From: Lama glama
Taxonomy: Eukaryota
Assembly (NCBI GenBank): GCA_028534125.1
Contig: CM052817.1
Coordinates: 98,210,001 to 98,274,000, forward strand
Length of the DNA stretch: 64,000 nt
Reading direction: 5' to 3'
Shown here: one piece after another, positions 12,468 to 25,056 of the stretch
How the letters are laid out: each line of letters starts with the position of its first letter
Position numbering within the stretch: the stretch's first letter is position 1
Notes under the pieces: model-generated
What the model was told of the DNA's origin: nothing
Databases searched by the model: none
Seen by the model: the letters and a program-made list of their open reading frames with translations, nothing else
Position numbers and translations under genes: made by a program

Positions 12468-13585
12468 TTTTTAAAACTTTTATTTTGAAATAACTTTATC
12501 CTTAAAGAAAAGTTGCAGTAACAGTACAAGGAACCTCCATATACCCTTCAGCAAGACTCACCAACTGCTAGCATTTTGCCACAATTTATCATTTTTTGTC
12601 TCAGCCATGAATTTTTTCCCCCTGAATTTAGAGTAGATTAGAGTCCTTCTTTACTTCTCTGTGTATTTCTTCAGAAGTAGGACATCATGTAACATAACTA
12701 TAGTACAATAATCAAAATCAGAAAATGTAACATCAATACAATACTATCATGTCTTTTACATTATTAGAATTAATAAAATTTGGCAATTGTCCCAATAATA
12801 TCCTTTACAGTAAATTTCTTTTTTCTAGTCTGGTATCCAATCCAGGATCACGACTATATTTACCAACTATGTCACTTTTTTTTTAATTGAGTTATAATCA
12901 GTTTACAATGCTGTGTCAATTTCTGGTGTACAGTACAATTTTTCAGTCATACGTGAATATACCAACTATGTCACTTTTAATTGGAGTTTCTTAATGTCTT
13001 CCATGACATTGACTTTTGGAAGAATACTGTACAATTATTTTGTAGACTGAGTCTTCCTTGTGAATAGGTTTAGGTTTGCATGTTTGGTTGGAACACCACA
13101 TAAAGTTGACTCTGTGTCCTCTTCAGTGCATCCCAATTGGAGGAACACAGTGTTGGCTTGTCCCCTTACTGGTAACACTATCTCTGATCATTCCGTTAGA
13201 GTGATGTCCTCCAAGTTTCTCATAAAGTTACTACCTTTCCATTTACAATTAATAAGTAACTAATGAGGAGACACTTTGAGGCTCTGAACATATTCTGCTT
13301 CTCATTAACTTTCAACCTCTAGTCTAATCATCGGCTGATGATTCTTGCCTTAATCAGGTTTTATGATCATTGTTGCAAAATAGTGATTTTGTAGCTTCAG
13401 CTATATTTGTTAGCATTCTACTTACTGTAAGACAAGTTTCCTCTTTTCCCCCACTTATTTGGGGAATCATTTTTTTCATATTAGTATGAAGTCATGGATT
13501 CATACTGTATTCAGTACTTTGATTCAATGGGTTTATTCAATCCATTGCTTTCATAATTTGTTTGGTGCTCAAATTGTTCCACTTT
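12468..13585 (-). mobile_element. Old L1 3'UTR (L1MC4/L1MC5-like)
   Basis: ttttattttgaaataacttt...aaaagttgcag...acctccatatacccttca...tccaatccaggatcac are recalled hallmarks of the antisense L1MC 3' end. Confidence 0.7.
12880..12959 (-). mobile_element. 80-bp 3'-terminal young L1 insertion with perfect TSD
   Basis: ttttaattgagttataatcagtttacaatg...tttctggtgtacag is flanked by identical taccaactatgtcactttt (12861-12879 and 12960-12978). Canonical TT/AAAA site on the minus strand. Confidence 0.85.
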
Positions 13586-14299
13586 TTTAGTCTTTTCGTC
13601 CAGATCTTTTTCTACTTTTTCTAATTTCTTGGTCTGTGAACACTGGAATAATCTAGGGCTTGTCTACAATTCTGGTTTCTCTTCTATGCACTCATTCTGG
13701 GTAATCTCATTCAATCCAATAGTTTAACTATCATTTTTATACTGAAGACCGTAAATTTATTTCTTTATCTCAACTTTTCCCCATGAACTCTAGGTTTGCA
13801 TTTCCAAGCTGGTTTTACCCTCTAAAGTCTACGAGGCATCTTACATTTAAACTACTGTCTATACTTGTGTACCCCTTCAGAATATCCCATCTCGATTAAA
13901 TAATTCTTTTGGCTGGTGATCAAGCAAAAATTCTTGAGTCCTCTCCTTTTCTCACACCCCACACCCGATCTGTCAGCGAGTCCTGTAGCCTCCAACTTCA
14001 TAAATTATCCAGTGTCCCATTGCTTCCCATCACTTTTACTGTGACTCTCCATCCACCTTAGTGAATACTTTTGGTGCAAAGTAGCAAGTGCCGATGGACC
14101 TTCACTAGGAATAACTGAAGCATTTTACATTCTAAGCCAAGCAATGTGTATAATATATATATATATATGCCTCAAACCTACCCATAATTCTGGGCAGGTG
14201 TAATTTTTACTTACTTCTTCTCTTGTTTGTGATGAATTGATTCTCATCTCCCATATACTGAGGTTGAGAAACCTTGATCTGGGGCAACCATGATAACTC

Positions 14300-14460
14300 A
14301 AAAAGCCCAGATGTTAATGATAGACAGGATTTGAAGTCCAAATTCTTTTATTTACTAGCCTCCCTAAATATCAATTATAGATCCACAAAATGGGCATAAT
14401 AATATGTAGCTCACATAGAGTATCGTGAGGTTTAAATGAGATGTTACAGAAATAGCACCC
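14300..14460 (+). mobile_element. MIR SINE
   Basis: aaaatgggcataataatatgtagctcacatagagtatcgtgaggtttaaatgaga. Confidence 0.6.
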
Positions 14461-15419
14461 ATCCTCCAGGTAGATGGTGGAGTTCACTGCTGTTCCAATG
14501 GGCTCTAAATGAGGCTTAGGATTAAAGGATTAAAGGACACTGAGCCTTTTGGTCTCACCATTCCTTCTGGATTTTCTTTTTGTTTGCTTTTCATGAAAGT
14601 CTCAATATCCTTAGAACACTGTTTGACACATGACAAACGCTTCATACATACCAGCCGTTGCTATGATTGATGCTGTATTTCTCTTACCTCCACTCCAGAC
14701 AAGTGAGCATTTCTCAGTTTTTCCTTGAGGGAGACACCCTAAGCTTGCCTCCCCAAAAGGACTGTTTCCTCAGTCCAGGGGAATACTGAATTTTGGTGGT
14801 TAGTTTGAGTACTTCTTCCTTTTACACCACACTCTGTCTGCTCTGAAAATTGAGCATCTGTGATCACTTTACACTTTTTCTGATCCTTTCTGTGAACTAG
14901 CAGATTGATTTTTAAGCTTATCCTGTTGACATTTTCAGTTCCTAGGAAGTAAGACGTTTGTTTTGCTTGAAGCTTTGTCCCCGTGGATAGCTCTACCCTG
15001 ATGGCACCCATCTTTTAGGGATTTCAACAACCCTCCAAATAAACCCAAGCCCATCTGCTAAAGAGCCTAAAAGGAGTCAGACGTGTGATGAAAGGAATTT
15101 GAGCCTTTTGGGCTCACCATCCCCTCAGGATTTTCCTTTTTGTTTGGTTTTCATGAAACTTTAAATTTGCTGGGGAACAAATACTGTTTCCTGCAGATTA
15201 ATGCATGTGTTCTCAGTAATATGAGAAATAAGGGGGGAAGGGTGTTGGATAGAGAAAGTTATGACCGGAGAATGTGGGAGGATTAGCTACAGTGAAGGAG
15301 AAAAGCTATTTCAGCTTAATGGATTTTAAAAAAGTTTTTTCCACTATTATGCTTTAATGTGTGGGGAATCACATTTTCCATGCAGGAAGGCCATTTGGTA
15401 GAAATTTAGGCACAAGTTA

Positions 15420-15600
15420 GGTTCAGGCATTCCTAAATTTCTCCACTGGTTCAGCCTGGACTAACTGCATGGTCTGAGCCTCACTAGTTTCTTCATCCAT
15501 ATCCTGAAAATAATAATATATTCATAGCATAATGCTAAGAATTAAGATCATCTATCTGCAAGGACCTGATGCATAAAGTACTCAACATTATTAGTATTTT
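15420..15600 (+). mobile_element. MIR SINE
   Basis: tctgagcctca...aaaataataata...gaattaaga...gcataaagtactcaacattattag. Confidence 0.5.
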
Positions 15601-16449
15601 ACTTTTCCAAACCCTTTCTTTATGTTTCAGACTCTCTAACCGTCTTTGGGAAAAAGGAATACCTGACCTGCTCCAGTTCAAAGATTTTATCAAAAGTTTT
15701 AATCACCTAAAATCTAATTTCACGTCTGGTTTTTTTTTTTTTTTACTTGCTGGTTTTCCTTCCTTCTTTTCTCACAGTTCTCTGATAAAGAGCAAGATAA
15801 AAGATTTCACTTGTTACTTTTTAAACTAACTCTTCTTATATGTAAATATTTTTGAAGAGAAACTTGTCATCCTATGGTCTACTCTAGAAACAAATCTTAA
15901 GCATCCATGTGTGTGTTGGAGTCCAGATAAGACTGCATGTTCATACTGTAAACTACCCTGTCTAGTCGAAGCACACAGAAACGACAGACTCTGTGTGTCT
16001 GTTTGTATGGTTTGTATACACATGCATATCTTAGTCATGCTTCAAAAAACATGTCTCCGTGCACCACAGACTGAACAGAAACTCAGAAAAGTCAAGGGCT
16101 GAAGCTACTGGCCTGCTGGTTTCCAAGCCAGGAAATATTCAGAGGTGGCTAAGAGATGATTTTCAAAGGGTAATAGGAGCTAGAGTAGGGTCATCTATAA
16201 TGAGAGGTTGAAAACTTCAGGAGACCCCTGAGGATACAGGTTACACACCTGCACAGCCTGTGCAGACTGGAACTAAGCTCCGTTTAGGTAAGTGACCGAA
16301 TCTGTAATGTCTCCAAGACCACTTACGTTCTGCTGCTGTGATTAGTTCAGATTCTGCACTGGATGAAATTGCGGTGGAGGTAGGCAACCACAAAGCCATC
16401 CAATAAGTAGGGATGGGTAAAAAAGAGGGAGAAAAGGAGACAGGAAAAA

Positions 16450-19215
16450 TAAGCAATTTGAAACAATCGCTACTAAGAAGGGCCTACAGTCTACAGGAAT
16501 GTGTAGAAAACTAAGACTTTGGAACAAATCAACAAGAGCAGTAACTAAGACATGGATTTATTAATAAAATTTTTCAAATGATTGTAAATGAGATAAAGGG
16601 AAGAAAAGCAAACATATTTTTAAAAGTATATGATGAAGCAAAATTAAGCAGGTATGAATCAAGGATAAATGAATATATAAAAGAATTAGTTGGAGAAATT
16701 TTGCAATGAAAAGATGTTAATTAACTTTTTAAACTACCATGAACAAAATAATGCTCTACAATAGAAAGACAATCAAAAAGAGAATTACTGAACTAGAAAA
16801 TAGCCCTGAGGAATTCTTTCAAAACACAACTTTGAGAGATAAAGAGAGGAAAAGCACAACAGGAAATTAAGAAACCTGAAGGGTAGAATGAGGCACCAAT
16901 AAACTTGGGTCTAATAAGTTTCCCCCAATTGAGAACAGAGGTAATGACAGATGATTTTTATTCAACATGGCTGAGAATTTTCCACATTTCAAGAAAATTG
17001 AAAGTGTATATAAAAAGCCAAGCTAGATAAACGAAAACAAGTTGCTCCATGGACACATTCTAGTAAAATTTCAGAATACAAAGAAGAAATAAAGACTTTG
17101 AGAAGAATGTTTTTAAAGTTCCTATAAAGAAATGACAGTCATACTTACAGCATTGAGATCATCAGCAAAAATGAATGACAGATGATGATGGAATAAAATC
17201 TTCTAAGTACTGGAGCTAAATGACTTGCAACTTCAAATTCCTGATTCAGCTAAATAAAGTATCATTCTAAAGACAGAGGAGCAAAGATATTTTCAGATAT
17301 TTAACAAGTAAGAGAATTTACTACCCACAGAACCTCACTGTATGAACTACAAAAGCATGCAAATTAATGAGAATAAGAGTTAACTCAGAGATTAAAATAC
17401 CACAAACATTAATAAAATATTTACCATAAGAGTTATTATTTTGTGGTCAAAATATGTGCAAATCTAAAATTCTAAAAGTAAATTCTGTACAATGAAGAGT
17501 TAACTTGCTAAATTTTGTTTTTTATTCAAGAGAATAGAAAAAATAAAAATTTTAGACTGATAAAAAATATATTTGAGTATGTATGTCAATATTTGTAAAG
17601 GTAATAAACCAGTAGAGGGGAAAAGTGAACAAAACAAATTTACCAGTCCAACAGAAGGCAGATAAAAAGAAAAATAAGCAATGGAAAAGCATAGTAAATA
17701 GAAAACACACAATGTTAAAGATAATTCCAAATTTAACAGTCTAATAAGTAATGAAGTGAGAAATTTTTTTAAATTAAATTGTACATTTGAAAACTAAAAG
17801 AATCCAAATAACATAAATTAAAGATTAGATAAAAGTAAGATCACAAAATAGTTACAATGAAAAATACAAAAGTATTACATAAAAACCTAATAGAATGCAG
17901 CTAAAGCATTGTTTAGATAGAAATTTTAAACCAATGCAACTATTTTAGAGACATTAAAAACAAATTAGCTATAGAAGCTATTAAAAGAAAAAGATTATAT
18001 GTAAAAAAGGCGGAAATGAGGAAATAAAAACAAGAGCAGACAATAATGAAATAGAAAAATATATATAATCACAAAAGCAATAGAATGTTTCTTAAAAAGA
18101 CTACTAAAACAAGCAAACCTCTAGCAAGGTGCTGATATGAGTGCTTTATATTACATTACATTCATTTGTTTAATCCTCACAGGAACCCAAATGGTAGATA
18201 TTATTAAGAGTTGGTACAAATGAGCATTAATAAGGAAAGAAAAAGGAGAACATGGCTATAAACGGAGATTTTACAAATAGTAGCAAATCCTGAAGACAAT
18301 TTTTGCCACTACACTGAAAGTGTCTTTGTCAATTACCAAAAGTAACTTAAGGAAAGAGCTAAAATAACTGCATACCTGTTTTTAAAAATGGAAATGGCAG
18401 TCCAAAGTCTCTGCCTCTAAAAAGCTATGAGTAAACAGGGTATTTTATAGAATCATTTTATTAATTTCAAATCCTATCTTATATAAAAAGTTCTATATAA
18501 TTCAACTAGGGAGTAGGTTAGCAAATTAATATTAGGAAGCTAATATAACTTTGCAAATAAGACCTGACAGGGAATTCAAGAAAATCCAAAATTATAGGTA
18601 ATCTCATGTGGTAACATCGATGAAAAAATCCTAAGCGTAATTTTTGTAAATCAACTCCAGCAGGGTTAACTCATACCTTGTAACCAAGGAAGATTTATCA
18701 CAGGAACTGAAGAATGATTCAATATCAGAAAATATTGCAATGTAATTTGCTCATTGGCAAATGAAAACTATCTAAGACAAAAATATATATACAACAACAC
18801 TTTAAAAATATTTCCAGTCCACATGAATAAGGCAGTGTTGCCAATTATCACTCCTCATTCATCATTATTCATCATTGTACCAAAGTTTCTAACCACGGCA
18901 GGTCTACCAGAAAAATAAATAAAACATAAGGATTGGTAAACAGTAAATAAAGCAATAATTATTTATAGAACCCATTTATCAATAAGCAGGATATATGATA
19001 ATTTCCAAATAAACAATTAGAACACATAATAAAGTTTAGCAAGATGATTAGGTATAAGATTAATATATAGAAAATCAAAAGGAATGTTTATATTTTAATC
19101 TATTAAGTCTATAAAACAAAAATAATCAATTAAATTAAAATAGAAAATGATACTGATTTTAATAGCAACAAAAATTATAATGTACCTAGGAAAATATCCA
19201 CAAAAATATGGAAGC
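16450..19215 (+). mobile_element. Ancient L1M/L1ME: ORF1 and deleted ORF2 remnants (antisense MIR inserted at about 18128-18205)
   Basis: A-rich strand; ORF1 coiled-coil region (gagaattactgaactagaaaatagccctgaggaa); ORF2 remnant of the '[18 protein letters not shown]' region at about 18590-18660. Confidence 0.7.
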
Positions 19216-19217
19216 CC

Positions 19218-19653
19218 TGTAATCATTTCCTAGGATGGCCTTAACAAAATAGCATAAACTGAATGGCTTAAACAAACAGAAATGTATTGTCTCACAGAGC
19301 TGGAGACTAGAGGTCTGAAATTAAAGTGTTGCCAGGGCCATATTCTCTTTAACCCTCTAAGGGAGGAGCCTTCCTTGCCTCTTCCAACTTCTGGTAGCCC
19401 CAGGGGCTCCTTGGCTGGTAGATGAATAAATCCAGTCTCCGCCTCCATCTTCATGTGTGTCCCTGTCTTCACCTGGTTGTCTTCTTATAAGGACAACAGT
19501 CAGATTAGATTAGGGCCCCACTCTATTCCAGTATGACCTCACCTTAACTAATTACATCTGTAGCTACCCAATGTCCAAATAAGATCACATCAGGGTACTG
19601 GGCGGGGTGAAAACTTCAGCACATTTTTGGAGGACACAATTCAACGCGTAAGA
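19218..19653 (-). mobile_element. MaLR solo LTR (MLT1B/C-like)
   Basis: tggcttaaacaaacagaaatgtattgtctcacag...cttataaggacaacagtc...tatgacctcaccttaactaattacatctg...ggacacaattcaac. Confidence 0.85.
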
Positions 19654-19699
19654 ATCCAAAAATTCAATCTAGTATTTAAGGACATAGAAGACCTGTATC

Positions 19700-20165
19700 A
19701 CTGCCCAAAAGACAAAGACCACTAGGAAAACCTGTCTTCAAATTGACCTGTGGTCTCTTCTACAGACTACTGGGCTCAGCAAGGATGGAGAACAGTGGGG
19801 CATCTCAGTAAGAAGAACTTGTGTAGGGAGGGTCCTGATAGGATTTAGGCGTGTGTGGAGGATTTGCGGAGGGCTTAAGGAAGTGAGGGATTATTCTGGA
19901 CTGAATGATGTGAGAAAACAAAGGTAATTGCTTAAGGATTGCAGGTTATTGGAGATCTTAACACCACTAAGAAGTGTGAGGAAGAGAGTGGAGCTAATTC
20001 TGTAACTGGCAAAGAAGCAACACTCACTCTCACTAGCTGGGAAGGGCATGTCGTGGTTTGCATAGTGCACTTGTCTTTGTCTTTAGATAATGGCCTTGTT
20101 TTAGTCTTACTCCATCACGGTCTCAGTGACAGTATCTGATGGGTTCTGCGGCATTATATACTACT
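19700..20165. mobile_element. LTR78-like element
   Basis: gagggcttaaggaagtgaggg...ctgtaactggcaaagaagcaacactcactc...ccttgttttagtcttactccatcacggtctcag resembles the recalled LTR78 consensus. Confidence 0.55.
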
Positions 20166-21989
20166 ACAGACTCATGGGGTTTCTGTTTTCATTATTGTTT
20201 TGTTTTTGTTTGGGGGTTAAAATCCAGCAGTATTATTAGAGTTCATTCTAGCACTCAGGATATTTTATTCTAAAAACATTACACTTTGAGGATCTGTGAC
20301 TTCTCAGAAAGTGAGAATCTTAGGTCTCATTATCTGAAACATTTTCACTTCTTTGTCCAAGCTTAGTACAGGTGTGAAATAGTTTCAGAATTGTTAACTC
20401 ATATCTTGTATGGTAATATTTTATTTTTGCAACAAACACCTTTTAGTAGCCATGAACTCAAGAGAAAATGTCTAAATTCAATTAAAAAATAATAACTAAA
20501 TTTATTTCTTGAAAAAAATAATAAAAATTTCCAATAGTTATCTTAAGAAGATTATGCCCAAAGATAGTGACCTAAAATGTACAGACTCAGAAGATGCCTT
20601 TAAGTATAACTTTGTGACAACTTAGCAAGTATGACATTGATTTAATTACTACATGGAATTTTGTTTATTTTCAATTCCAAGTTTTCTTTTAATAATCTCC
20701 AAGTTAAGTGATAGCTGTTACTGTATTAACTCTATTAGCAGAAGAAGATAATTACACAAAGCATATTATATGAATATCATCAGATCCTGCAAAGAGAAAT
20801 ATCAGTTAAGTCTGATATGGTTTTTTCATATACTTCATGGCACTGAAGTAAGTTTATAGAATTTCATTCTTTGAAAGATGAGAAATCCTACATTTTTTAT
20901 AAATGCTTTTGTAAATTCAGTTAAAAAGTTCAACATAGAAGATACAATTTTTGTTTTTGCAATGGCCATATCAATACAAATTTTGTGAAGAGTAGGATTA
21001 TTCTTCAGGGTGTGAGAGCTCCCCCTCTGATCTCCTAATTCTGCTTAATTGAGATTTCTGTTTATTAATTTTTAACACTGTGAAAATACTTTGGTTGAAA
21101 TATTCATATGTATCAATACAAAAATTTACATTTGAGAATATTCTCCATTTAGCAGAATTTGCCCTGAGCTTACGTCAGCCCATACAAAAAGAATGTTTTC
21201 TTAATTCCAAATAATGTAATCTATGGAGAACATTCAACGGAATATGTCAATTTTAAATCTGTTAATCATAAAGTGCAATTTAGAAGATATTGTGGGCAAT
21301 TTTATGAAAAAAAATAAAAATGAGATCTGATCTGAGAAAAATACCAGTGGCATTGTATTAAAGAATTACAGCTATGTAATTCATTAACATGTGTGATTTT
21401 AAAATGAAAATTAATAACAAGAACGAATATTCTGCTTATCTTATTTTTAATATTCAAATTGTCAATAAAAAAGATTTTGGTATGTTACATTAAGGCATAT
21501 AGATGTACACTTTTTTTTTAAGAATTTTGTGTTTAAAAATAGTTTTCAATAGAATTATTTTATAGAACCACCAATCTAATAAAATCAGTTAATTGAAAAA
21601 TAACGAATTTTAGCTATTTTGGGTACTGCCTTTACTCTCACAATTGTTTAATTTAGATGATTTGTTTTTTTCATTAGCTTTTTTTGTGACCTGCTACTGT
21701 CTATGTATTTTCCAGTACTTGTAGAATCCAAGACTGATGCCTTTCATTTTTGGTAAAACCCTTGCTAGCCTCTTCTGCCTGGTTGAGCAGTCTAGTTTAA
21801 AAGCCTCTGAATAAAATGAGCATTTTTCAAAAATGTGTGGTAGGTTTAGGCACATAGCATAATCCTTGCTCTCAGGAATCCTTTTTGTTGTTGTTGTTTT
21901 TCTCATCAGTTAAAGTTATGCACATGAAACAACTGATTGGGGTCAGTGTAAATTGGTGCAAAAAACACAAATAAATGATGTACATTCAC

Positions 21990-22460
21990 TCTGGCAAAAG
22001 GGAAGAAAGCATTAAGGATGGTTTTTCTGGGAAAGGTTTTAAGGTAATCCTATGACTGGTTGCTGAGAAAACTAGCTAAACTTTGAGTGGACAAGGAGAA
22101 AATGGGAGGGGTGCCATGAATTAGGGTAGAAGGATGGCTTTCTTTGGTGGTCAGTACATAGGATGGTAAGGTAGAGGTGTTTTGCAAGCAGCATAGAATG
22201 CAAGCGTAAAGATTTGAACTTCAGCTGAGGGTCTAGAAATTCACGGATGAGGGATTTGAGTGGGAGGGCTATACGTTGCCAGATGGATTAGAGAATAGGA
22301 CATTAATATTTAAGAAAATTCTGAGACATAGTAAGAAGTCCAGATTAGAAATGATGAGGTTCTGGACTAGCATAATGAATAGAGAGTGAAAAGAAAAGAA
22401 AGGAAAATCCAAGAAGCATTTTGAAAAAAAGGAGAATTGGTAAACAATCTTACATAAGAC
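21990..22460 (-). mobile_element. L2 fragment (highly diverged)
   Basis: Purine-rich antisense L2-like text (gtccagattagaaatgatgaggttctggactag). Confidence 0.45.
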
Positions 22461-22539
22461 ACTTAAAAAAAATGGAATTCTTTGGTTTTTTACTTCAAAG
22501 ACTTCACATTGGCTAGCCTGGGAGTCAGGATCCATCCAA

Positions 22540-22688
22540 TAAGAACTTTTTCTATATGTTGTACAGCACAGGAATATAGCCAATATTTTATAATAACTTT
22601 AAATGGAGTATAAACTATAAAAATTTAAATCACTATGTTGTACATCTGAAACTAATATGATATTGTAAATCAACTAGACCGCAATAAC
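22540..22688 (+). mobile_element. L1 3' terminus (L1MA9-like or artiodactyl-type)
   Basis: gtacagcacaggaatatagccaatattttataataactttaaatggagtata...ctgaaactaatatgatattgtaaatcaacta. Confidence 0.8.
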
Positions 22689-22849
22689 AAGGAACACATT
22701 GGATAATTCAACATATGTAACTATGAACACTACTGATTTTTCTTTTTTTTGAGAAATACATGAGATTGTATTGATCAGAATTCCTGTATTTGTAGGTCAC
22801 AATCCACTAGAAGTACCACAAACAATCAAGATGACAGTGTACATGTATG

Positions 22850-23050
22850 TATCTCAGTTATCAGTGATAAAATACAAATTCTGATCAATCATGCTAGGAG
22901 AAAAAAATGACTTAACTTTCTATATCCTCTACAAAAATGATATTGCAAAATCACTAATAAATAAAGAGGCAGTTAAAGTATGGGAGCCAAAATGGAGGGA
23001 AAAAACACAGAAATACCTCAAATAGTTACTTAATAAAAACATTATGCTTT
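22850..23050 (+). mobile_element. hAT DNA transposon fragment (Zaphod-like), transposase C-terminal remnant
   Basis: From 22855 it translates QLSVIKYKF*SIMLGEK, like the hAT dimerisation motif LSxIKNKFRSTMxEERL. Downstream aatgatattgcaaaatc...agaggc...aaagtatgggagccaaaa matches recalled Zaphod. Confidence 0.6.
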
Positions 23051-24505
23051 TTTTGGGAACAAAACCCTGAAATTATATACGTGTTGATATGATCATCTAG
23101 TTATAACATGTATCGTAATAATTATCGTATAAATATCGTATAATCACTTAATAATTAAGTCATAACAAACACACAAAATAATATTTCTAGGAAAGGATGT
23201 TTTTGTGTTTCAGTAAAGTGAGTAGTCAGTGGTGATGGAAATGTTGCCAGGATGCCACTCAACTGACTTGCACAGATCTAATGCTCCCAGGATTAGTCAC
23301 TCACAAAAAGTTGATAGGCATTGTTAAAATGTAAACTAGGTAACACACGAAGCCGTTAGGATCCATTAACACCTTGAACCAATTCAATTGATCAAATTAG
23401 CTAATCTATTCTAATGGTGAGGAAAAGGGGGATGGAGCAAGAACAGCAGGGGAATTTTTTTGTATGGGAAGAGAGGTCATTAGAGAAGTCCAAGCCAGTT
23501 AAGTGTAGTTTCCTTGATGTTGCCTGGTTTGGGCCTGCGTTGTGAATCCTTCTTCTTTTTAGATTTTTAACAGCCACCCATTTTGTCTTCCCGGGAGGTA
23601 ATACGGAGTAGAATAAAGAAGAAGGGACTGAGAATCAGAAGATCCTATGACAAATTTTCGTAAAATGAGGGCCTTAGACTACAAATGTAACGCCTGATCC
23701 AGCTGCTCAGTTCTATAAAACAGCCACCCACATTTTAATTTTCACACGGTTTTTATTTGTTTGGTTTTTTGGTGGGTGGTATTTTTCTTTTAGCACAGGA
23801 GAGTTTTATAAATAAACTACACTTTTATCAAGAAAATCACCTATATGAGGTTCTAACGCATTGATGATTCTTCAACGACATATATCTTCAGGCTCTGAAG
23901 ATTAGCCAGGTATCTTGGTTTATGATGAAGATCTATAGGACCTACATTTACAAAGGCCGTATCAGTTTTTTTTTTTATGATCGTATTTCGCTTATTACAC
24001 TGTTCCAATATATATGTTCTATTAGTCATCTAAGTATATGAGAGATTTTACCTCCAGACTAACCATTACATCATCATTGAAACAACCAAATTTACAAAGA
24101 GTTTAGTCTTTATTACATATGTTGTCAAAATGCAGAAAGATTACACTGATATATCTCTTCCTGTTACATCCTTTTCATTTTTGTGGATTATAAGCAACTG
24201 TCAAGCCTCTGGAGTTTCATAAAATTATCATCCTGCTATCAAAAATAAAGTTACTTTTCTGACACCCTTGGCTTTTCTTCTGTACAGACTTACTTCTAGG
24301 AATACTATTTAAGATACCCAATACGCTTTCAACTAAGATGAAACCGCAGTTATATGCAAGGGAAAGTGAAACTGGGATTATCTGCAACAATATGACATGA
24401 CAGGAGATCTGTTATTTTGCATTTATGCTTATGAAGTAAATCAAAATCTTTGTTTTGGAAAATGCATCTTAAATTTAAATACCTTTATATTGGTAGAGCC
24501 TTTAC

Positions 24506-25056
24506 TGAGGAGAATTATTTAGTCAAGATGGAGGGAAAAAGAGAAGGACGTGTGGAGTCCACAGACATCTGGCAGATTCCCACTCCAAGGCCCCGCAAGC
24601 TTCCAGTTGCTGCCCTTCAAAGACAACAAAGAACATTCTTTTCTTAATACCTACGCCTTGGCTGAACTAACGACTCTAGACAATGATCAACCTCACAATG
24701 CCTGGAAGCCTAGCCACCAGGACCGGTCACAATCCTCTATCAAAATCCCCAGCCCTACTCTTTCTGGACCTCCTCCCTTCCCTGTCACCTCAGCATCAGT
24801 CAACCAGAGAAGTGTGCATGAGCTGATCAGGCACCTCGCAACCACTTTTGTGCCCACTGTCACCAAGCACAAGAAGTGAAAGGTTACCCTCCCTTATAAA
24901 AGACCTCAGCAACCAATCCTCGGGGCACACAGACCCCTCTCATCTGTGGCCCGCTGTTACCTATAGCAGCGTATCTAATAAACTCCTTTCCTATCTTCCT
25001 CCTTTGTCTTTGATAAATTCTTTTACCACCTGTGCATTAGCCCTCTGGATCCTACA
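24506..25056 (+). mobile_element. ERV1-type solo LTR, family not identified
   Basis: TG...CA ends, TATAAA at 24895-24900, AATAAA at 24977-24982 and GC shift relative to the flanks. No clear TSD. Confidence 0.7.

Larger units (their letters stand above)
12135..14060 (+). mobile_element. L2 LINE (12135-12465 and 13590-14060) split by an L1 insertion
   Basis: ccatgttgccaaatccagtggtcagttctcagtcc...ctttcagcagc on the left; gtaatctcattcaatcc...ttctcacaccccacacccgatctgtcagcgagtcctg on the right. Confidence 0.7.
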
